A program made the translations under genes and the position numbers. From Eledone cirrhosa (lineage: Eukaryota), in assembly GCA_964016885.1 (NCBI GenBank), contig OZ024743.1, positions 187,364,001 to 187,428,000 of the forward strand: a stretch of DNA of 64,000 nt, in the 5' to 3' direction. The notes under the pieces are model-generated. The model saw only the letters and a list, made by a program, of their open reading frames with translations. It was not told the origin of the DNA and did no database searches. This document shows positions 12,654 through 27,029 of this stretch, one piece after another (position 1 is the first letter of the stretch; the number at the start of each line of letters is the position of its first letter).

Positions 12654-13964
12654 AGGTGTTGACTTTGATCAGTTTTTGTCATAATAATGAAGATTTGTGT
12701 AAATTTTAATTAAATCAAAAATGAAGATTTCATACTTTAAAAAAAAATTAATGAATATAGTTTATAATTTTTTTATTCATTACAAGTATGAAGAATTTAG
12801 ATTAATGACACCCATTTTCATAAATATTACACATAAATTCACTGGAGACACATATAATACTAAGTATGCTATGAGAAAAATATATCAAACAGTAGTGTCT
12901 ATTAAAATGGAGCATGAAAAACAGGAGAGAAACCATATAACTATTATCAATATTTGGTAATTATCTGATGTATTTTGCTGATAGTTTATTATCAAAAAAA
13001 TTTCAGTATAAATTAATTGTGTCTTCAGCTTTGTATGTGCAAGCTACTTAAATGACCTTGAGAAGCCATGGCTGATAAGTTCAGAATGTATCTACTCTCT
13101 CTTGATAACACAGTGCATGTTGGTTCACTCAGCACATCATCTTGAATTATGTCCTCAAAATGAGTCTTGATTTGAACTGTTTTCCATCACAACTGGAGCC
13201 TACCAGCTTTGACTAGAGTGATGACGAACACATAGAATAAATAACACTTCCTATTTGAGGGGGGTAAATTTCTTATCTGGGACACCATGTACTGAGACAC
13301 TTTCTTTGCCTCCAGCTTTGTCACTTCAGGTACCAATCTGGGCATTGTAACCAGTAATGCAGAGAAGTGGAAGATTTCCAAATACTGGAACTTGACTTAC
13401 TACTTCCTTTTTGTACCCTTCGTCATCATGACCTCTGCTTTCCTTGGTCTCTGAACTGAAGTTTTCCTCTGCAAAATTGAGAAGCATGCATTTCACTTGA
13501 AGTAGGAGGCCTGTGAGGTGAAGAGGCTGATGCAATGAGAGTCAATGGCTGTTCAAGCTGTAGAACTCCACAACCTCATAGTGTTATTTATATTATTATT
13601 TTCTTATTTAATGTGTTTTTTTCTTCTCTTTTTTATGTTAATTATTTTCTATTCATTTACCTTTTCTGCAATTATTGTACACTGTAGTTGTCATTTCTTT
13701 TCCTATATGAGTTGATTAAAACTCAGTATATGGCACTCAGGTTGATATTGCAAAGTCAAGTACTGGTGTTAGTATAGTAAAGACCAACCTCAAAAAGTTA
13801 AACCTCACATCAGAGATGATGAAGAATAACCTTGTATCAAAGCAAATGATTGAGCATCTAAGAATTTGTCAATTCCACCAAGAGAAGTGTTATGTAGATA
13901 AAAAGAAATAGAAATGTTGTAGATGTTGTAGATGAAGGGTGATAAATCTTGCCAATTTATTATT

Positions 13965-14385
13965 CCTCATCACCTGATTTATGTCTGCCCTTCTGTACTT
14001 GCATGGGTTGGATAGTGTTTTCCAGCACAGTTTCCCACCATCTGTATTCCTTCATCATCTCTTCTGTCAGGTTAAATGTTTTGGGACCCATTCTTGCCCT
14101 TTTTCCCCAGGTTTTCCATGATCTCTATCACAGCTTCTTTCTACTGGAAACTCATGGTACTTCTTCACCCAACAATTATCATCCATGCATAACAACTATC
14201 CACAGCAGTGCAGTCTTCTCCCTTGCTCACTATACTTCTTTCCAGCCTCTGCATATCCTATTTATTGCTCATTGTTCACTTTCATACACCATTGCACTTT
14301 GCATGCAATCATCATATAGCTGGTGTTTCATTCATAGAGAAAATGATTTTGTTGTCAACAGGGGCAGTAGTTCATTAGCAGTATT
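13965..14385 (-). mobile_element. Highly degenerate RTE 3' fragment
   Basis: Residual similarity to RTE C-terminal region and TGCATGGGTT terminal motif. Confidence 0.5.
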
Positions 14386-15443
14386 TTGAAAATACACTAT
14401 ATTTTATAGCTTGATTCCTCTTTTTGTTTTATATTTCTTCAAATCTTGCATCCATCATAGTAGAAAAAAAGCGCAGATTGGTAGAATATATATTGGTAAA
14501 TACTTATGATGAAAAGTGGATTGATCAGTGGAAACTAATTTGATCTGCTTTAGATATAAGCTAAGATTTTTATATCTCCAGATAATCACTTTTAACAAAG
14601 ATTGTTTCCTTTTAGAATAAGCTAACCCCAAATGAAATTAAATAAGAGAAAATATTGTTTCCCATAGTTGAGTTAGGTTATCCTGTCAAATTAATAGGGC
14701 TTTCTGTCCACATTTATTGATCTATTACTTGATGATGAGATTGTTTATGTAAGTCTGCAAAGTTAGATATTTATATGAAATATTGGATTGTTTTGGAACA
14801 GGATGACCTTGCAAGTATTATTCATTCAAGTATAAAATGTTTAAGTCTTTTAGATTAATTGAAGCAAGTACAGTAATTGGTCTTGCTAAAACAAAGAATG
14901 TAAGACATAGTAGTTAGATTTAAATCTAAAATCTAACACAAGTATTATGTTAAATCCTTAACCAAGACACATTGCATTCAAAATAGGACTTATCAATCAT
15001 GAGCACACTTATTGCATTATGCTCCTAATTTAGCCACATTAAACTGCTGCCTGAGCTTGTGAAGCTGGAAACAGGTTCTATTATCATATCAATATTGAGC
15101 AGTTAATGGAAGAATGAGCAACTGATTTGTGAAAAATAATGTTTACATCAATTGAAGTTTTCAAATAACCATATAATTCATACTAACATAGAAATGTTGA
15201 TGTAAATGTAATAGAATTGCAAAAGAAATATGCTTTACATATCGGCAACAAAAAAGCACATTTGTAGGGGTGTTATATAGTTAGCTCAATCAACCTTTGA
15301 ACATAACTGGAGTGAATTTATTTGCTATCGATTTGATTCCCCTGCATGGCATTTTGAGGAAATATCTCCTACCAAAGACTCAGATTGATGAATAACTTAT
15401 GAGTGTAATTTGTTAGATAGAAACAATGTAGAAGCATATAATG

Positions 15444-15505
<62 letters not shown>

Positions 15506-16522
15506 TGTGAATGTGTGTGTGCATGTGTGTGTGTATGTGTGTGTGTTTGTGTGTGTATATTTAAAAAAAACCTTATTCAGTAATTTTATGGATTACTGAA
15601 GGTGGTACCAATATGAAAATACTATGCCAAAGCCGAGTATATATATTAAGTTTAACATGACGAAATTTCACTGAAATGCTTTTATTGATTATTGACTCTT
15701 ATGTATGTTTCACAGATGTTATAGACCCAGCTCAGTTATATATATTCCACTTGATGTTGAATGCCCTGAGATATAATTGTTTTTAACTGAATCACCATGT
15801 GTGATGAGCAGATTGATACTTAGTTGGGTCTATAACATCTTTATGGCCCTTGAGAAAATCATCTGCAAAATATATGCAATGGTTGATAATCAATGAAAAC
15901 GTTTAAGTAAAATATCATCATGTGTGTGTGTGTGCTAATCCACTGCTATAAAAAAAAATGGATAAAATAATAAGATATATTAGTTACATAGTGCAGTACA
16001 TATGAGTGATACATATAAAATAATCCCTGCCCCCTTCTCTGGTCATACATAGGGCTATTCAGGTTATGTCCATATTGATTTATGATTGTTTGGTTGGAAT
16101 GGAACCCAGGTGTAAATCAGAGAGTAGATATATATATATATGTGCATGTGTGTGTGTGTGTGTGTAATTATATATGTGTAGATATTTTAGTTGATTTATA
16201 CCAGACAGAGAGAGACAAAGGTCCTTAACTCTAGATGTAGGTGTACCATTCTGACACACATGTATCTTTAGCCTTTTAATCCTGGTAGAGTCAATCTTTC
16301 TTCAGGCCTGAATACAGCTAATTTCTCCCAGAGAAAGGAAGAAAGTGAAAGAAATACAGAGTAAAAATCGATCTGGTACCAAACTGGTAATTTATTTATT
16401 GAGCTTAAAAGGATGAAAGACAAAGTTAACCTTGCTGGGTTTTGAAGTTTGAATGCAGTGAACCAGAACAATTTTAATATTATGCCCCAATAACTCAGCA
16501 AATTTGCTGCCCTGATTTATAT

Positions 16523-16840
16523 CTTCTTCTTTGTCTTCTTCACCCACTTATTCCTGAGATGGTCATGGGGTTGAGTTATCAAACACTCTTTCCAGCAGGT
16601 CCTGTTAGAAGCAACTGTATCCAACTGATCTGACTGGATCTCCAAGTATGACCAGCTAAACTCATGTATGTTATCCCACCATCTTGTTCGAGGTCTATGC
16701 CTGGCCTCCTACCAGTTGGTTTTGCCCATAAAATCTGTTCAGTAATTCTTTCTTGAGACATTTTAACCACATGCCCATAGTATCGGAGCTGTGATCTCTC
16801 AATCTGGAGAAGTAGCAGCTCCACCTCGAGTGACTCTCTG
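16523..16840 (-). mobile_element. RTE (Expander/Rex3-like) 3' end
   Basis: VELLLLQIERSQLRYYGHVVKM...WAKPTGRRP; GAA-type tail; other copies at 19283 and 32155. Confidence 0.75.
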
Positions 16841-17899
16841 ATATATATCAATATAGGATATAAGAATATATACATTAGTGAGATAACTAAGTAAAAAGGT
16901 ACTTTAGAAAAGAAACTGCTTGCATCAGGTTAAACAATTCATTGTGATTCTGTTAGTAATATAGTGAATCAGTGACTAAACTATTGGAAACCTATAGCCA
17001 ATGACACTATTGATCACAAAGCACAATATACAAATAATAAAGGATGAAAGATCTCAAGTAGTATTTAAGTTTAGAATATAGAGATAGAAAACGAAAGAAT
17101 TTAAAAAGCATTCTATTATTCTTCCCACTCCACCACAATAGATAACGAGTGAAGTAGTATGAATAAAATAAATATTCACATCGTAATTTTAGATTTTTAT
17201 CAGGCCTATCTAAACTGAAATATTTTCTTGGATCTAGAGTGTTTACCTAGAAAACATTATGATGTGCTTTTCTTTATACATGGGAGATTTAAAGTATATC
17301 ATTCTACATAATGAATAAACTACATAGCAAATTAGATGTAGATAAATGAATTAAATATCCTGCATCCTCTCCACTCCAGTAAGTGAATTGTTTTGCTGGA
17401 ATGGTTTCAATACTTTAGAGAAAATATAGTTTATCATGATAACTGTTGGTTCTATAAATTATACAGTTTATATTTGATTCAATAATAATATTCTGTTTGA
17501 TTGTATAAATTATTCTTTATTTCTTCCTTAGATATATATTTTTATATCTTGGTTTGTGTGATATGGAAGTTTGTTGGTTCTATTTTTATTTCATTAGATT
17601 GTATTAGGTTGTACATCTTAGTGCTATTTTGATTGTGATGTGCCCCAGGGGTATTTGGCCTTCTGTTGTACTCATTATACAGAAAATGAGAGAGGGTGAT
17701 TGTTGTAATCATTTCAGCATCAGAGACAAAATGCCTTTTCGTATTTAGTTATGTCAACTTTTCCTTTCATCTTTGATGAAATAGAGTACTAGTAGAGTAC
17801 TGGGATCAATATAATCAAATTCCCTTTTCCCCAGAGTTGCTGGTCTTGTGCTCATGCTAAGAAAAATTTTAGTAAAGAAAAATACACCTCATTGATTGT

Positions 17900-18940
17900 T
17901 TGCCAACATCCTGAGATGTGAGGAACAGAGGCACGGAGTGTTCCACATTGCAAGGTGAAGTTGATAACAATCAAAGAGATGAAAAATGGTAAAGCAGTGG
18001 GACCATCAGAGATAGTTGCTGAGATGCTAAAAGAATTTAGGAGAAGTAGGAGTCGAACTAGTAACCTGCATAGTCAATCCGGTAATACAGGTCAGTGCTT
18101 TACCCAATGACTGGGGCAGCAGTACAATTGTAAATTGCTACAAGGGCAAAAGTGATGCCCTAGAGAGGAGCAACTATAGAGGAATGAAACTAATGGACCA
18201 AATTATGAAAGTGATGGAAAGAGTTATAGTGTAACTAATTCAAGAAAGAGTCAAATTACATGAGATGCAGTTTGATTTCATGCCTGGCAATCCATTAAAG
18301 ATCTAGAAAATAAGCTCTGACTCTAGAAACAGAATTTAGAATTAAAAGGCTTGAGAGTAAACTTAGCCAAAACTATAGTGCTAGTGAGTAGGAGAGAAGA
18401 TAGGACCCAAATTCCTTTGAGGGAAGTGGCCCTGCTCAATATGTAGAAGGTGAGTAGGCATAAACTCCATATGATGTACACAATGTAAATCTCGGGTACT
18501 CAAGAGATATAGTGGAATAGCAGGAAGACTCTGTAGAAGATGCATGGGGGTAACAGAGGGGAAGATAGCCAGTGATGTAAGCTTATTCCAGTCACAAGAA
18601 GGTCCCATAGAAATGGTTGTTAGCTTCTGCTATCTAGGTGATGTAATTAGCAATAGAGGAGGGTGCTCTGAGAAAGTAATAGCTAGAATAAGTATTGGAC
18701 AGAAAAAGTTCAGCACTACTCCCACTGTTGACCACAAAATGTTTCTCAATACATAAAAAAGGACGACTGTATGATGCCTGTGTGCGAAGGTTGTGAGTGT
18801 GAACCTCAACTCACTGAAATTCTCAGTGGCGATGACAAAGGATCATGATGTGGGAAGAGATGCCATAGTGAGAAGGATCCATCAAACCCATGCATGTGTA
18901 GAAAAGTGGACGTAAAAATGCTGCTGCTGCTGATGATGAT
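17900..18940 (+). mobile_element. Degenerate, internally deleted RTE LINE
   Basis: GPSEIVAEML, CYKGK.DALERSNYRG, SFCYLGDVIS motifs; GAT tail. Confidence 0.85.
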
Positions 18941-19096
18941 ATATATACATATATATATATACATATAAAAAATATATATTTATGCATTTTTAGTATTAAT
19001 AATAAATATTCGATCTACGGGTTTATATATACTTATATCCAATCCTTATTCAGTTCTCTTTGGATTTTGGTCTTTGTATTTATTATTACTATATAA

Positions 19097-19272
19097 AGGG
19101 CGGTAGAGGGTCGGACGGCATGCTTTCTAGCATAGTTACGTCCCTTTATGTTCTGAGTTCAAATCCCGCCGAGGTTGACTTTGCCTTTCATCCTTACGGG
19201 GTCGATAAAATAAAGTACCAGTAATACACTGAGTAATTGCTGGCCTTGTGCCTAAAGTAGAAACAATTATTA
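19097..19272 (+). mobile_element. SINE family A with TSD
   Basis: Full core; ATTATTACTATATA at 19082-19095 and 19266-19279. Confidence 0.9.
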
Positions 19273-19282
19273 CTATATATAT

Positions 19283-19490
19283 CTTCTTCATCTTTACCCA
19301 CTTATTTCTGAGAGGGTCATGGGGGAAGAGTCTTCAAGCACTCCTTCAGTAGGTCCCCTGTCAAAAGCAACCATCTCCAACTGATCAGGCTGGATCCCCA
19401 AGTGAGACCAGCCAAGCTGATGGATGTTTTCCAAACAGCCAGCTCAGAGTCTATCCCTGGGTCTCCTGCTGGTTGGTTTTGCTCAAAAAG
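19283..19490 (-). mobile_element. RTE (Expander/Rex3-like) 3' end
   Basis: Homologous to 16523-16740 and 32200-32430. Confidence 0.75.
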
Positions 19491-19674
19491 CATATATATA
19501 TAAACAAAGATAGTGTGGTAAGATACCAAGTGGACCATAATGCACCAGAGTACTCGATACTTAGGGTAGTGGAGTGGGTAATAGGAAAAGAGTCAGGACC
19601 TCGACAGCTGAGCTCCAGCTGTTTTGACACCTAGGTTCAACAGTTCAGATCTAGCTGTCGAAACGGCGGCCGGA

Positions 19675-19744
<70 letters not shown>

Positions 19745-20285
19745 ATGGTGTATGCAAACTTGGGAAAATTAACAAAGAGAGGACAAGATAACAAATGAAA
19801 ACAAGGCAAAATGAAAAACAATTTTTTAAGGGGAAACCTTGAAAAATTATCTTTTGAGAATAAAAATACAAATGAAAGACACAGAACTCCAGGGACATTG
19901 GCCAATGAGATGGACTTTGGCAGTTTCAACTGACTGTGGTGGATTGGAGCCTAAATTGATCGCTTGGCATGGCAAGAGAGCCGGAGTGTAGCAAAAGCTG
20001 ATTACAGACGATGAAATATGGGATGCAATGGGTAGCTGTACAAGAGGCAAATTGCTTGGGTTGGATGGTCTGATTTATGAGCTTTACACAAACATGCTAG
20101 ACTTATTCAGAGACATTCTTGAGAGACCCTTGGAGTCTCCCCAATTTTGGGGAATTTATGTTTGATTTTTTTAAAGGATTATTTCTTGGTCTTTTATTTT
20201 ACACCCCCCTCCCACACTGTCCCATCCTGAGCCATCTTAAATGTTTTCTTAATGTGAGCCTTGTGTAGCTAATAAAAAAATCATT
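19745..20285 (+). mobile_element. Tx1/L1-like LINE fragment
   Basis: Degenerate G.DGL.YELY motif near 20055-20090; 3' end resembles 53340-53490. Confidence 0.5.
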
Positions 20286-21116
20286 ATTTTTAACAACCTT
20301 TAGAGCAGTGAATTAGTAAAGTCATTAAAGCATTGGACAAATGTTTATCAGTATTTGTCTCTTTATGTTCTGAGCTCAAATACTACAGAAGTCAAATGAT
20401 TCTTTCATCCTTATATTAAACTAAAATACTGGGGTCAACATAGGTAATTATCTAACCCCCCCAGGTTTTGGGTTTGTGTCTAAATTAGAAAGTATTATTT
20501 TTGATAAAATTTATACTTGTACTGCACCTGAGCACTGTACACAACAATTTCATTATATCATATATATTTCATTTATATTTATTTACTGTAAATATTTAAT
20601 AATATTTACTTTTCCTCACTTTTATATTCCCTTCTGACATTCATCCATATGGACAATTACCCTATTCCCCTTCTGTTACAAGTTCCTCCCTAACTGACCA
20701 TCTCTATTTACTTCTATCTACTGACTACAACTTTCTCCACCACTCTCTCACTCCCTACTCACAAATATTTTCCTCCACCTCTCTAGACCTGAAACGCTAC
20801 ACTCAGGCTATTGTTTGTTTTGGAAACTCTCACTCTCCCTTCCCCATCCTTACCCCACTGCCTCTCTCCAAGCTCATTCTAGTATATATATATACAGACT
20901 AAACCAACAAGAATTTATTACTTCTCTGAAGTGGCTTAGTGAACACTTGATTTACTGAAAACTGTTTTTACTTATGTATGTTTTGTTACTGGTTTCTGTC
21001 ATTAGGTGCTGACCATGCTGGGGCACTACCATGATTTAATCAATTACATTAATCTCACTACATATTTTTTCATGTGATACTTATTTATTATTCAATGTTT
21101 TGTCAAACTGCTAGAT

Positions 21117-21950
21117 CAGTGATTCTCAACGTGGTCCATGTGGACCACTGGTGGACCACATAGCATTTCTAGTGGTCCACAGAGAATTCGTAGCCATTTC
21201 ACAAAAATGTAACTAATATAATATTTTGTTTAATTACACACATGTCCATTATATTTGAAAATTTCGAAATTACGTAGGTATTATGCAGTGCTATATTTAT
21301 TTTATTTTTTATTCATATAAAAAATGGTACTTGTAACGAATGTATGTACCGTGAAATCTTTGTTGATAACTAAAACGGACAGACAGATGGACATTTGGCA
21401 AATTATAGTAAGATATTCAAGAGAATAGCAAAGACTCGGTACATATATCTGCCACAAGGACCAAAAAAATTATTCCTATGCTAATAGATCACTACACAAT
21501 ATTGTTTGATAATAAATTTGATATTTCTAATTTATAGAAATAAAGTATTTATTATTTTTATTTTTTTTCATATCAGTTGTAAGAATGTCTGAACCAACTG
21601 CTAAAATGGCAAAACTGAGGAATTACACAGATTTTATCATGTTTGGCTTTGTATCTGTAGACTCAAAACCTGTGTCTTGAATGTGGTGCCATCTTGACAA
21701 ATCATTCCATGAAGAAAGTTAAGCTGGAGCAGCACCAAAAATCAAAGCATCCATCATCTGTTGGTAAAGATAGGGAATATTTTGAGAATAAAAATAAAAG
21801 ACAGCCAGTCAAACTATCCGACTTTGTAAAGAAGTTGAATACTCCAAAAGCAAAGACACTCAAACCAAGTTATTTGGTCTCTGAAATTAGCACCTCAGAT
21901 TTATGGTGAGAAGCTTGTCAAGCCTACTATGATAGCTTTTGCAAATGAGA
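21117..21950 (+). mobile_element. hAT (Buster/Charlie-type) transposon left end with transposase N-terminal remnant
   Basis: TIR-like CAGTGATTCTCAAC, repeated GTGGTCCA/TGGACCAC subterminal motifs; frameshifted BED-finger region FGF...KPV.LECG.ILTNHSMKKVKLEQHQKSKHP...REYFE. Confidence 0.8.
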
Positions 21951-22475
21951 ACTGTTTCTGGCAAGTTTTCCATGGCTGGATGCCCTTCCTAACACCAACC
22001 ACATTTACAGTGTGGACTGGGAGCTTTTTTGTCGTGTCACCTACATGACCACTTTACAGTGAATGGAAGTGAAAAGATAGAATAGGGTGTGTGGGGTGGG
22101 GTGTTTATTGGGTTAAGAAGTGCCTACTGACTGTAGGTTTAAGTTTGTATGTATAGGGAAGTTGGGTCTTCTGTATAACTGCATAGCACCAAAATCTCAA
22201 TCCAGGTACATTGTCTTCGAGAGGTGTAAGTGAGCAAGTGAGCAAGGTCAGTTTTTATCACCTCATCCCAGATTTTTCTCAGTCTACCCACTACGTAGTT
22301 TCCATCAATTTTAATCGCTCTGCAGTTGTTGTCCTTCATACACATCACATGTCCATACCAAAGCAATTTCCTCTCCTGCACACAACATTTAATACCTCTT
22401 ATGCTTAGTTTCTCTCTCAATTCGTTTATGCTTTGCTGTTCGTGTACATTACTATGACACATCCATCAGAGCATT
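21951..22475 (-). mobile_element. RTE LINE 3' fragment interrupting the hAT relic
   Basis: ORF 22139-22462 QSINELREKLSIRGIKCCVQER.LLWYGHV. Confidence 0.88.
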
Positions 22476-22829
22476 TATATTTATCTATATTTATATAATG
22501 GGCTTCTGCAGTTTCCATCTTACAAATTTCATTTATAAAGCCTTGATAAACCCAAAGCTATTAGAGAAGACATTTGACCAAAGTAGTGGGCTGCAGGATT
22601 GAACCAAGAACTATGTGACTGTGAAGCAAACTCCGTAACCTCACACCCAAGCATGCACCTAGGGTATGGTGAGGGAGCCAGTTTAGTCACCAACTACTTA
22701 CCATGTGGTACTGGGTTATATGGTAGCAGGAGCAGGCAGAGGCCTATGCTGACTATATATATTTACTATATTATAAATATTGAGTCCTTATTTGTTTGTG
22801 GACTACTAATATCACTGGACCCAGACCTA

Positions 22830-22864
<35 letters not shown>

Positions 22865-22942
22865 ATACCCGGGTTCAATCGGGGTTAACAACAGTAAGTG
22901 AAGTTCTCAATACATTAGTAGATTATATACAAAATTTAATAT

Positions 22943-23029
22943 AGAAATAGCCTCTACAGGACTAGAACTGTTTCATTCCTGACGTTTTCTTTCGAATGAA
23001 ACAGTTCTAGTCCTGTAGAAGCAATTTCT
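22943..23029. repeat. 36-bp inverted repeat with 15-nt spacer
   Basis: TCTACAGGACTAGAACTGTTTCATTC / GAATGAAACAGTTCTAGTCCTGTAGA. Confidence 0.9.
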
Positions 23030-23030
23030 T

Positions 23031-23081
<51 letters not shown>

Positions 23082-23894
23082 TTTTATATATATATATATT
23101 TATATATATATATAATTTGTATTTGGTTTAAAATAGGTATGCTATATTCCTGCATGTCATACAAAGCACTAAAAGGGATGGCATCAAGAAGGGCATCTAG
23201 CTCTAAAACATTTCTTCGGACATCCCCTCCAACCCATGCCCAAATGGGAAAGTGAATATAAAAATACTGTTGAGGATGATGATATAAACAAATGAATATC
23301 TTGAAATGTTACATAAAAATCACTAAAATAAAAACATACACAAAGAATTCTGATCCGTCTTTATCATCGTAATGATTGTTATGTCATTCTTAGAAAGTCT
23401 TTTCAGAAACCCTGAGGCGAAGCTGATGTCAGCATTCAAGCATTGATTTGCTCTGAAAGTGTGCTAAGATATTAATCAAAATCTTGTTTGATAAAGAAGA
23501 CATATGAAGACAACTATCTGAAGAAATCCATGTTTAATAGCAATGATTCTTCACTACTGAAATATACTGAAATACAGAAACATGATCACAATGATAGCAT
23601 TTGAACTTCTAATGTTACCACTATGAACATCTATCATCTGAAGATAAGATGTATATTGGCAATCTGCCAATATATAGTGTCATTTCAATTCATTAATTGG
23701 TCAATATAAACAATTTCATCTGGAGAAAAACACAAGCGGTGCATATATTTAGAATGTTATATACATAAACTATATAATATATATGTATGTATGTATGTAT
23801 GTGTGTGTATATATGTATGTGTGTATTTATTTATGTATGTATGTATGTATGCATGTATGTATGTAGTTAGTTGTGTCTAGAGTATGAAAAACTC

Positions 23895-24282
23895 TGTAAT
23901 ATTAGTGATCTACATAATAAACGTTAGTGATTATAACAAAATACTGGTGTGTATGAATATAACAAAAGACGTGGTTTGTGTGTATAATATTTAATCAACA
24001 ATTTGTGGTTATAGAGAACAGTATAGTTGACATGTCAATGAATAGATGAAAGAATGAAGCAAAGTTATTTGTTACCGTTTGGTTGCCAGGCGAACGCGCC
24101 TGGCCGAAGACGCCTGGTCGAAGGCCAGGAGATGAAAGGGCAAAATGAGAGATACGGAGCTTAAAGTTATTCCCCTTATAGGGTTGGAACGGAAGTGACA
24201 GAAAGGGTTCTACTTCCTATCTAGAGAGCGTTAATCTATTGGTGATGTGAGTGTCACAACAAGGGAGGCAACTCCTGCTACA
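23895..24282. mobile_element. Possible solo LTR
   Basis: TGTA...TACA termini enclosing a GC-richer 388-bp segment; no clear TSD. Confidence 0.35.
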
Positions 24283-24599
24283 TGATCTACATATTAGTGA
24301 TCTACATAAAAAAGTTAGTGTTAGATCTACATAAAAAAGTTAGCACCTTTGTTCCTTGCCCCAGGGAAGATTCTATTATTTCTATCTTGTGAGCTGCATA
24401 AAGCACCTTTGCACAGGAAATACTTTTATCGCATACATTTTCTCCACTATCAAGAATCTGCATTTTCCATGTGACACTCTCCATGTTTTACCTTTGACTT
24501 TGTAATTGTTGTGTATCATAATGATATCTCAGATATACACAATATTTTGGCAAATATAAAAAGCTTTTTTGGAGCTGCAGTATACATCTGAAAACATTG

Positions 24600-25100
24600 G
24601 TATATGCAAGCTCAAAACAAAAACAAAATTGCTGGAGAACTGTGGAAGAAGCTAAATGATTATCAACTGGGTAGTAGGAAGAAACATATTATATTTAAGG
24701 TCTATGAGGTTAAAGCAGCCATCCTAGGTTATAAGACGCAAAGAAATCAGGAATGATTCAATGATAATGATGTTGAAGTTGAAGCAATGCTCAAGAAAAA
24801 GAACAATTGTTTAAGTTCCTAAAATCAGATATACCAGTAAATCAGAAAAAATGTATGTGGATAAAATGAGTTGCTGTGAAAGGTAATCTGCAGCATAAGG
24901 AAACCCTGCTGAAATAAAAGCATTGGCAGAAAGGAAGGATATTTATTGCATGTATGATCTGATGAAACAGGTATATAGGCTTCAGAATTCACCAATGTTT
25001 AATTTAAAAGAATCAAAGTACATTTGGGAATATTATGAAATTCTGAACTGAGCATTTTACAAATCCTTTTAGGAATTCCTTCAAACGACTACCCCAAACA
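24600..25100 (+). mobile_element. Highly degenerate RTE/BovB-like LINE fragment
   Basis: RNQE*FNDNDVEVEAMLKKKN resembles the WFD linker motif of RTE ORFs. Confidence 0.4.
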
Positions 25101-25149
25101 ATACTCTGATACTACAACTTACTGCAAACTACTGATGAGACTTGCAACT

Positions 25150-26700
25150 GGAGCAAAGCACCAGCCAGTCAGAGGATGACTTAATGGCAGAACAACTCAG
25201 TGGATAGAGCCATTAAGGCCAAATGTCAGGCATGGAAAAAGGGGCCAGCAGAGACCAGTACCAGTTAGCTAAAAGTTAGATGACAAGTATACAAAGCATG
25301 CAAACAAGGTTTTCTACTCTTGCAATGTTAGGTGTTCTGCATAGCAAAGCAGTAGTGTGTCAGTGGGAATCAGGACGTTGTTGGGAAAAGGTGTATTTGA
25401 AGGGACACCAGGGCACTTAGCATTACTGCTGCTCAAAAGAAAAGGCTCTGAATATGCTACTTTGAAAGGAGGCTGATGAATGTAGAGAATGAATGGAAGA
25501 AAGGGAGACTACCTCGAACTGACTCAACAGAGGGATCAGTTAACGAAATAGAGAGTTATAAGGTCAAACAAACAAGCAATGAAAGGTACGAAAAATGGTA
25601 AAGCCACTGGATCATTAGAGATGGTTGCTGAGATACTAAAAGCATCAGGAGTAGTAAGATCTGAACTAGTCACCTGCATAGTCAATCAGGTAATACAGGA
25701 CAGAATCATACACAATGACTGGCACAGCAGTATACTTGAAAATGTGATCTCTAGAAAGGAGCAACTACTGAGGAATAAATGTAATGAACCAAGTTATGAA
25801 ATGACAGAAAATGTTCTGGTACAACTAATGCACAACTAATTAGGGAAGGAGTCAAATTTGACAAGATGCAGTTTGGTTTTGTGCCAGGGAGAATTACTAC
25901 AGTTGCCCTCTTCCTAGTGAGACAACTACAAGTGAAGATCTTAGCTAAGAATAAGACCCTATATTTAATATTTGTTGATTTAGAGAAGGCTTTTGAAAGA
26001 GTACCTTGATCTGTCATCTGGTGTAGATGTAAATTGGATATAGAAGAATGGCTTTTGAGAGCAGTGCAAGCCATGTATAGAGGAGCTGTCAGTAAAGTTA
26101 AAACATGCAAAGAGTTTAGTAAGGAATTCAATGTGCTGGTGGGTACTTGTCATGGCTTAGTCCTCAGCCTCCAGCATAATGTAGTTCTCCAGGACATAAC
26201 AGAGGAGTTTAAAACTAGTTGTTCATGGGAACTTCTTTATGCTGATGAACTGGTTCTTAAAGCTAAATCCGTGGAGGAATTAAATAAGTTTTGGCTGTAA
26301 AAATCTAATTTAGAATCAAAGGGCTGAGAGCAAACTTAGTAAACTGAAAGTGTTAATAAGCAGTGTGATGCTGTAGCGAAATATGGGCAGGGAGTGCAGA
26401 AGATGAATCAAGTATGATTTGATAGATGTGCAATGTTACTGCGCATGAATGACAAAGCTTAGATGAACTGAGAAAAAACTGGGTATAAGAGGAATCTTAA
26501 GTAGTCTGCAAGAGAGACAACTACATTGGTATAGGTATGTGATGTGCCTGGATGATCGTTACTAGGTGAAGAAATGCCTGTTGAAGGAAGCCGCAGTAGA
26601 GGGAGACCAAGGAAGACTTGGGAGGGCATGGTGAGACATGAACTCAAATCCCTGAAACTTACAGGGGAGTTGGCAAAGGAGCTTGATGATTAATTCTGTG
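25150..26700 (+). mobile_element. Degenerate RTE LINE (RT region)
   Basis: MQFGFVPG, FVDLEKAF, WELLYADEL, RGRPRKTW motifs with stops and frameshifts. Confidence 0.88.
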
Positions 26701-26711
26701 ATGAAAATGAC

Positions 26712-26721
<10 letters not shown>

Positions 26722-26789
<68 letters not shown>

Positions 26790-26901
26790 CCATATATCAT
26801 TTGAGAATATATTATGTACGGTACTTTTTTCTGAAAATTATAGACTTTATATATGCATTCAAAATACTGTGTTTCTCAAGTGATATGTATATGTGTGTGT
26901 G

Positions 26902-26996
<95 letters not shown>

Positions 26997-27000
26997 TTCT
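26722..27000. repeat. (GA)n and (CT)n tracts in opposite orientation
   Basis: Direct reading: 26722-26789 and 26905-27000. Confidence 0.9.
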
Positions 27001-27029
27001 CTTTCTATGTTTCTATATTTATATATATA

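Noticed and set aside
13040-13560. GC-richer segment with overlapping minus-strand ORFs as host exon or pseudogene
   Set aside because: No recognisable motif or splice pair; needs BLASTX
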